Of a DNA stretch of 61,734 nucleotides, positions 56,903-61,734 are shown piece by piece; within the stretch, counting starts at the first letter, position 1; the number at the start of each line of letters is the position of its first letter. Both the position numbers and the translations under genes were made by a program. The DNA is taken from IMG/VR virus record IMGVR_UViG_2529292751_000001, positions 1 through 61,734 of that record. One strand, written 5' to 3'. Below the pieces are notes generated by a model that worked only from the letters and a program-made list of their open reading frames with translations, was not told the DNA's origin and made no database searches. This DNA is from a virus (Duplodnaviria > Heunggongvirae > Uroviricota > Caudoviricetes).

Positions 56903-58090
56903 ATGATTGAAGTTCAAGGAAAGTTTAATGAAGCAAAGGTATTTACGAACAATGTAGACGAGGCATCTATCGCTCAGATTATCGAGCTATGCAATCAAGA
57001 GTTTACTAAAGGCAGTAAGATTCGAATGATGCCAGATGTTCATGCAGGAGCAGGATGTACAATTGGTACTACAATGACGATTCAAGACAAAGTCGTAGCA
57101 AATCTCGTAGGTGTTGACATAGGTTGTGGGATGGCTGTAGCAAAGATTAGAATCTCTAAAGAAGATATTAACTTTGACCAGTTAGACCAAGTGATTAGAA
57201 AGTATGTACCAAGTGGAAATGAGATTCGTGAGACACCTCATGTACTATCTTATGGTACAGGTATTGATAGTCTTATAACACCATTAAACGTTGATAGAGC
57301 AATGAAAAGTATTGGCAGTTTAGGTGGAGGGAATCATTTTTGTGAGCTAAATGAAGGCTCAGATGGCTCTATATATCTTGTAATCCACAGTGGTTCACGA
57401 TATTTAGGGAAAATGGTAGCCGAATATCATCAAAAGGTTGCATATAGTAGAATTATGGATATGCGAGATGCTAAACAGGAAATCATTGATAACCTAAAGG
57501 CTCAAGGAAGAGAACGCGAAATTCATCAAGCGCTAAGAGGCATTAAGAAACCAAAGTTCAAGAAGGAATTAGCTTGGCTCGAAGGTCAAGATTTTAAGAA
57601 CTATATGCATGATATGAAGATTGCACAGCACTATGCGTTATCGAATCGTAAAGCGATGATAGAGACAATAGTAAATCATATGGGATGGAATGTAGTTAGC
57701 ATGTTCGACACAATTCATAACTATATTGATATTGAGAATATGATTCTTCGTAAAGGTGCGATATCTGCACAGAAAGATGAGAAGGTTATTATTCCAATGA
57801 ATATGCGTGACGGTAGCTTAATAGCATACGGGAAAGGGAATCCAGACTGGAACTTCTCAGCTCCTCATGGTGCAGGTCGTATTATGTCTCGCTCAAAAGC
57901 TAAACAAAATGTGTCACTAGAAGAATTCCAAGATACGATGAAAGGCATATGGACTTCATCTGTTGGTGAAAGCACGATTGACGAAGCTCCAATGGCATAC
58001 AAGCCTATGGAAGATATAATTAATAACGTAGGAGATGCTGTCGATATTTCCGACATTATAAAACCGCTATACAACTTTAAAGCAAACTAA
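56903..58090 (+). CDS. rtcB: RtcB-family RNA ligase
   Basis: MPDVHAG, GVDIGCG, SLGGGNHF, HSGSR, HNY, SAPHGAGR and IDEAPMAYK motifs; start refined to ATG 56903. Confidence 0.95.
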   Translation: MIEVQGKFNEAKVFTNNVDEASIAQIIELCNQEFTKGSKIRMMPDVHAGAGCTIGTTMTIQDKVVANLVGVDIGCGMAVAKIRISKEDINFDQLDQVIRKYVPSGNEIRETPHVLSYGTGIDSLITPLNVDRAMKSIGSLGGGNHFCELNEGSDGSIYLVIHSGSRYLGKMVAEYHQKVAYSRIMDMRDAKQEIIDNLKAQGREREIHQALRGIKKPKFKKELAWLEGQDFKNYMHDMKIAQHYALSNRKAMIETIVNHMGWNVVSMFDTIHNYIDIENMILRKGAISAQKDEKVIIPMNMRDGSLIAYGKGNPDWNFSAPHGAGRIMSRSKAKQNVSLEEFQDTMKGIWTSSVGESTIDEAPMAYKPMEDIINNVGDAVDISDIIKPLYNFKAN

Positions 58091-58102
58091 GGGGTGTTGC
58101 TA

Positions 58103-58282
58103 ATGCAATATGCACTGGAAGTATTGCAAGAAAGAAGAGATGTCATTGAAAAAATGGTTAAATTATCTAAGGCAGAAGATAACTGGTACGAATTCGATGG
58201 TATTGAAGAAAAGCTTCGAGACCTCGATGAAGCAGTCTACTGCATTAAAATGGGAGGATGTAAGTATGGGAAGCATGATTAG
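58103..58282 (+). CDS. Hypothetical protein
   Basis: Short ORF after GGGGTG RBS. Confidence 0.55.
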   Translation: MQYALEVLQERRDVIEKMVKLSKAEDNWYEFDGIEEKLRDLDEAVYCIKMGGCKYGKHD

Positions 58283-58631
58283 TATTGGTGGAGTAACTTA
58301 TACTGGAAGAAATATTACTGTTAACAACGGTCAAGTCATTGTCGATGGGGTTATCCAAGGGCAGAAATTAGAAGAGAAAAATATCATTATTAATGCCGAT
58401 AATTTTCAAGGCACTTTGAAATGTGGTTACAGCACAGTTGTTAATGGCAACATCAGTGGTGATGTTGAGTCTAATGGCTCAGTAACATGTGATGGGATTG
58501 GCGGTTCAGTGAGCGCAGGAGGCTCTGTTAGATGTGATGATGTTAAAGGGAATGTATCAACAGGTGGAAGCGTTAACTGTGGTAATATTGGCGGTTCTGT
58601 AATGGCAGGTGGTTCAATTAAACATCGATAA
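58266..58631 (+). CDS. Beta-helix repeat protein (bactofilin/polymer-forming-like)
   Basis: Repeated G(N/S/D)VxxGGSVxC units; start refined to MGSMISIGG after GGGAGG. Confidence 0.7.
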   Translation: MGSMISIGGVTYTGRNITVNNGQVIVDGVIQGQKLEEKNIIINADNFQGTLKCGYSTVVNGNISGDVESNGSVTCDGIGGSVSAGGSVRCDDVKGNVSTGGSVNCGNIGGSVMAGGSIKHR

Positions 58632-58875
58632 AACATTAAACGAAAGTATTGCATAAAAACGAAAAGTAATGTAAACTAAGATGAGTGAGGTAAGAGAAAG
58701 TGTTTGATGAATCTCAAGAAGCATTAAATCGGATTAAAAAACAAAGGATGCAAAATATTGTTGATGTCGTATGCGATGGTGATAGAGACCATATCGGCTC
58801 TCAACTATCAATCGATATCAGAGGAATATATACAATTGAAGACATGCAGGAGATGCATGAGGAAGGCGGTTTTTA

Positions 58876-59472
58876 ATGAAAGGCGTAGTAAGATTAACAG
58901 TAGTAATTGATTACGAAAAAATGTTAAAAGCAGAAAATCTTAAAGCAATTCAAGACTTTACTGGTGCAGAAACAGAAGAGGAAATGATGAAGCTACATAT
59001 GAGTCAACTAAGCGAAAGCATTGTAAGCATAGTTCAGAAGCCTCTTATGGAATATGAATTAGATGGCAAGTTTATAGACGACAATCATGTTCAACAGCAA
59101 GCCCCTACAGAATGGACTCCTTCAGAGGAGGATTATAAATCTGTAGAACATGAGGTTGAAAATGTTCAAGAGATAGCTGAGCCAGATGTGGAATTTCTTG
59201 AAAAGAATTTATCTCTTGTGAAAGAATTTGAGGATGATATCGAGCGTGTATCTACCGAGCTAGGCATTCCTAAATCGATTCGTATCAATGGGGATATGCT
59301 ACAGGCGATTCAATCTGATATAGACTATCTAACAAAATCTCAAACAGAGAATGGTGTGCTGACAAGATATAATGGCTTCCCTGTTGAGGTTCAAGGCATG
59401 GAGGAAAAGTACCAAATCTTATATCAAGAGTATAATAGCCAAACAATTGGAGTCTACACTCATAATAAATAA
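58876..59472 (+). CDS. Hypothetical acidic protein
   Basis: 198 aa, GGAAGGCGG RBS. Confidence 0.7.
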   Translation: MKGVVRLTVVIDYEKMLKAENLKAIQDFTGAETEEEMMKLHMSQLSESIVSIVQKPLMEYELDGKFIDDNHVQQQAPTEWTPSEEDYKSVEHEVENVQEIAEPDVEFLEKNLSLVKEFEDDIERVSTELGIPKSIRINGDMLQAIQSDIDYLTKSQTENGVLTRYNGFPVEVQGMEEKYQILYQEYNSQTIGVYTHNK

Positions 59473-59538
59473 CATTTTAAATCGGCTATCTTAAACAAAA
59501 GTATTACAGATAGCCGATAATAAAGAAGGGAAGCTAAA

Positions 59539-59820
59539 ATGGGAATTGGAATGATTTTGCAAGTAGCAGGAACAGCATTGCTACTAGGTGGTTATATGCC
59601 ACAAATTATTAAACTTCGTAAGACAAAGAATCCAACTGGAATTAGTACTTTATTCTGGGTGTTAATCGCAGTAGGAGCAACAAGTATTTTAGTTAATATG
59701 CAACTTGGAGGGACTCCTATAGAAGTTCGCATAACTCAAGTATTCAATGCAGGATTCGCTTGGTATACTCTGTTTCTAGTAATAGCATGTAAGAAAAACT
59801 GGAAAGGGGATAGTGAGTGA
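59539..59820 (+). CDS. PQ-loop/SemiSWEET-type transporter subunit 1
   Basis: GYMPQIIKLRKTKNPTGIS; three TM helices. Confidence 0.85.
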   Translation: MGIGMILQVAGTALLLGGYMPQIIKLRKTKNPTGISTLFWVLIAVGATSILVNMQLGGTPIEVRITQVFNAGFAWYTLFLVIACKKNWKGDSE

Positions 59821-60110
59821 TGACAGCACAAGAAATTGGTTATATCTTTCAAACTATCGGAACGATTTGCTTGTTAGGAGCTTACGTACCGCAAATTATT
59901 CATCTATTAAAGGTAAAAGAGGCTGAAGGCGTAAGTCGTGGGCTATGGGTCGTATTGGGAAGCGGACTATTCTTAATCTTAATTAATATGATTATCGGTG
60001 AAACCCCAATTGATGTAGTAGTTACTGAAGCAATTAATGTACTATTAATCTTTTATCTATACTGCTTAACGGTTTATTATCAAAATAAAAAACTTAAAAA
60101 TAAGCGTTGA
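59817..60110 (+). CDS. PQ-loop/SemiSWEET-type transporter subunit 2
   Basis: AYVPQIIHLLKVKEAEGVS; three TM helices; overlaps subunit 1. Confidence 0.85.
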   Translation: MMTAQEIGYIFQTIGTICLLGAYVPQIIHLLKVKEAEGVSRGLWVVLGSGLFLILINMIIGETPIDVVVTEAINVLLIFYLYCLTVYYQNKKLKNKR

Positions 60111-60291
60111 CTTCATTAAACAAAAGTATTACAATTGAATATGTGACGAGAGATTTTATTCTCTCTCACATATAAAAGTGGCAAAGTAATTAAGCTAATA
60201 TCTTAAACGAAAGATTTGCAGATGTTAGTTTAACGAGGGTGACCACTTCTGGGAAGAAGATAAAATAAATTAACGAAAGAGGTAATCAAGT

Positions 60292-61455
60292 ATGACAGAA
60301 TTAAAAAAGCGCATTTCAAGTATCACAGTGGTAGGGAAAGCTAAGATTAATGACAAAACATTTAGCGGTGAAACAACTAGTCCGACTACTGGGTTCAAAT
60401 ACTGCAATATTAACTTAGGTATTGAAACTTCGGAAGGAAACGTAATTTACGGTAAAATGATGGGTGGATATTCTCCTAAGAAGCCAGTATTGTACGGAAT
60501 GGATAAAGATAACAATCAAATGCTAATCAACTGGAATGACCGATTCAATGAGAAAATTATCGAATCAAGTGCAGATTTCAAGCTACATAAGATTGGCGTA
60601 GAGAAAGATGACAATGATAAAACCATTGTAAAACAATTCTTATCTCCATTAGATGTACACAATTATCTGCAAGAACATTTAAAAGAAGGCATGATGATTT
60701 GTGTTAAAGGCGAATATGAATTCAGCGAATACAACGGTAATGATAAGCGTGAATTCAAGATTAAAGATATCTACTTAAGTAATCAAGAAGAAGGGTTTGC
60801 TAACTTCCGACAAACAATCTTGTTAGATGAGTATGCTATCAGCAAAGAAGCATTACAAGCTTCAAAGGAAAGCGGAGAAGTTGTTGTCCAAGCTAAAGTT
60901 GCTCAATATGTAAGCAAGCGAGATGGTAAAGAGTTCAAGAAGACAATACCATTCACAATGCCAGTAGTTGTTAAGGTAAATCAAGAAAAACCAGAGATGA
61001 CTCAAAAAGTTCTTAATGCATTATTCAAGGTTAAGAAAGGTAAGATTCGCGAATTAACAATTGAAGGTCAAATCATTGAAGGGTTCGAGAAACAAGAAAT
61101 CTCTACTAAAGACATTAAGATTTCTCCAGAGGTTCAAGAGTTAATCGATATGGGATTATACGATGAAGAAGAAGCTCTTAAAAAGATGACTGTTCAGGGG
61201 AATAAGACACGCAAGCTAGTATTCGCTAAGCCATTCTTAAAGAAAGATGCTAACGATGAAACTAAGCTTGTAATAGACCTAGACGATACGAAGTATACTC
61301 CTGCAGACTTAGTCGTTCCAGAGTCAGAGGAGATAGAAGAGAAGAAAGACGAAATCGACTTGAGCAAAATCGCTGAAGAAAGCGCGAACGAAAAGGCTAA
61401 TGACATCCAGAATGACGATATGGGTTGGATGACTGCGATGGGTCTAGGGAGCTAA
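60292..61455 (+). CDS. Putative OB-fold ssDNA-binding/replication protein
   Basis: 387 aa beta-rich protein with acidic C-terminal tail, upstream of an AAA recombinase-like gene. Confidence 0.55.
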   Translation: MTELKKRISSITVVGKAKINDKTFSGETTSPTTGFKYCNINLGIETSEGNVIYGKMMGGYSPKKPVLYGMDKDNNQMLINWNDRFNEKIIESSADFKLHKIGVEKDDNDKTIVKQFLSPLDVHNYLQEHLKEGMMICVKGEYEFSEYNGNDKREFKIKDIYLSNQEEGFANFRQTILLDEYAISKEALQASKESGEVVVQAKVAQYVSKRDGKEFKKTIPFTMPVVVKVNQEKPEMTQKVLNALFKVKKGKIRELTIEGQIIEGFEKQEISTKDIKISPEVQELIDMGLYDEEEALKKMTVQGNKTRKLVFAKPFLKKDANDETKLVIDLDDTKYTPADLVVPESEEIEEKKDEIDLSKIAEESANEKANDIQNDDMGWMTAMGLGS

Positions 61456-61467
61456 GGTAATTAAATT

Positions 61468-61490
61468 AAGGGAGTAGTTTAATCTACTCC
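61468..61490 (+). terminator. Hairpin after ssDNA-binding-like gene
   Basis: GGAGTAG-TTTAAT-CTACTCC; weak U tract. Confidence 0.45.
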
Positions 61491-61552
61491 ATTAAACAAA
61501 AGATTTGCATAAAATAAAAAACTATAAAATAAACGAAAGAGGTAACTATATT

Positions 61553-61734
61553 ATGTCATTATTCCGTAAACCATCTACTAAGAAAATTGGATTAAAAGCT
61601 CTTGTCATGGGAGAAACAGGCTCTGGTAAATCTGTATTCGCGTTATCATTCCCAAAAGTATACGCATTAGATGCTGAAACTGGTATGTCTTGGTATGAAA
61701 ACGATAAGAAGTGGGGTTCTAACTTACTAGGTGT
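61553..61734 (+). CDS. AAA_24/Sak4-like ATPase, 3'-truncated by window edge
   Basis: MSLFRKP..ALVMGETGSGKSVFALSFPKVYALDAETG; AAAGAGG RBS. Confidence 0.8.
   Translation, partial: MSLFRKPSTKKIGLKALVMGETGSGKSVFALSFPKVYALDAETGMSWYENDKKWGSNLLG

Noticed and set aside
29390-61406. - strand ORFs opposite the right-arm genes
   Set aside because: Antisense shadows of RBS-bearing + strand genes.
1-61734. Bacillus dif site, attP core and aimR/aimP arbitrium genes
   Set aside because: No match recognised by eye in this window; they may lie elsewhere in the genome.

Overview
A 61.7 kb segment of a large, AT-rich temperate Bacillus siphovirus with an SPbeta-like gene order. The left arm (- strand, 1-19.5 kb) carries the virion module (tail tube, head-tail, major capsid, decoration protein, protease/scaffold, portal, terminase), an array of 11 canonical tRNAs interspersed with tRNA-like and other structured RNAs, HU and several DNA-binding genes. 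The middle (19.5-29 kb) looks like a plasmid replicon: a palindrome array, a rep-like gene with a possible counter-transcript, an iteron plus DnaA-box origin, a PcrA-type helicase and ParM/ParR, followed by a 2.6 kb non-coding region. The right arm (+ strand, 29-61.7 kb) is a long early/accessory array with a GP88-like protein, SprT, a tyrosine recombinase, an MrpR-like repressor, DNA ligase, 3D-domain protein, kinase, methyltransferase, TerC, vWA, SLOG, RtcB, two SemiSWEET/PQ-loop genes and recombination genes. The most unusual observations are: (1) tRNA-array spacers that read as antisense copies of ribosome-binding and start regions; (2) four tRNA mimics without a normal anticodon; (3) two structural genes whose TGA stop is followed in frame by related Pro-rich extensions, with a Hirsh-type tRNA-Trp in the same genome; (4) a type II hammerhead ribozyme in a genome that encodes RtcB; (5) four perfect Spo0A boxes upstream of the repressor promoter; (6) two genome-wide promoter/operator motifs. 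All calls are by eye and no database searches were run.
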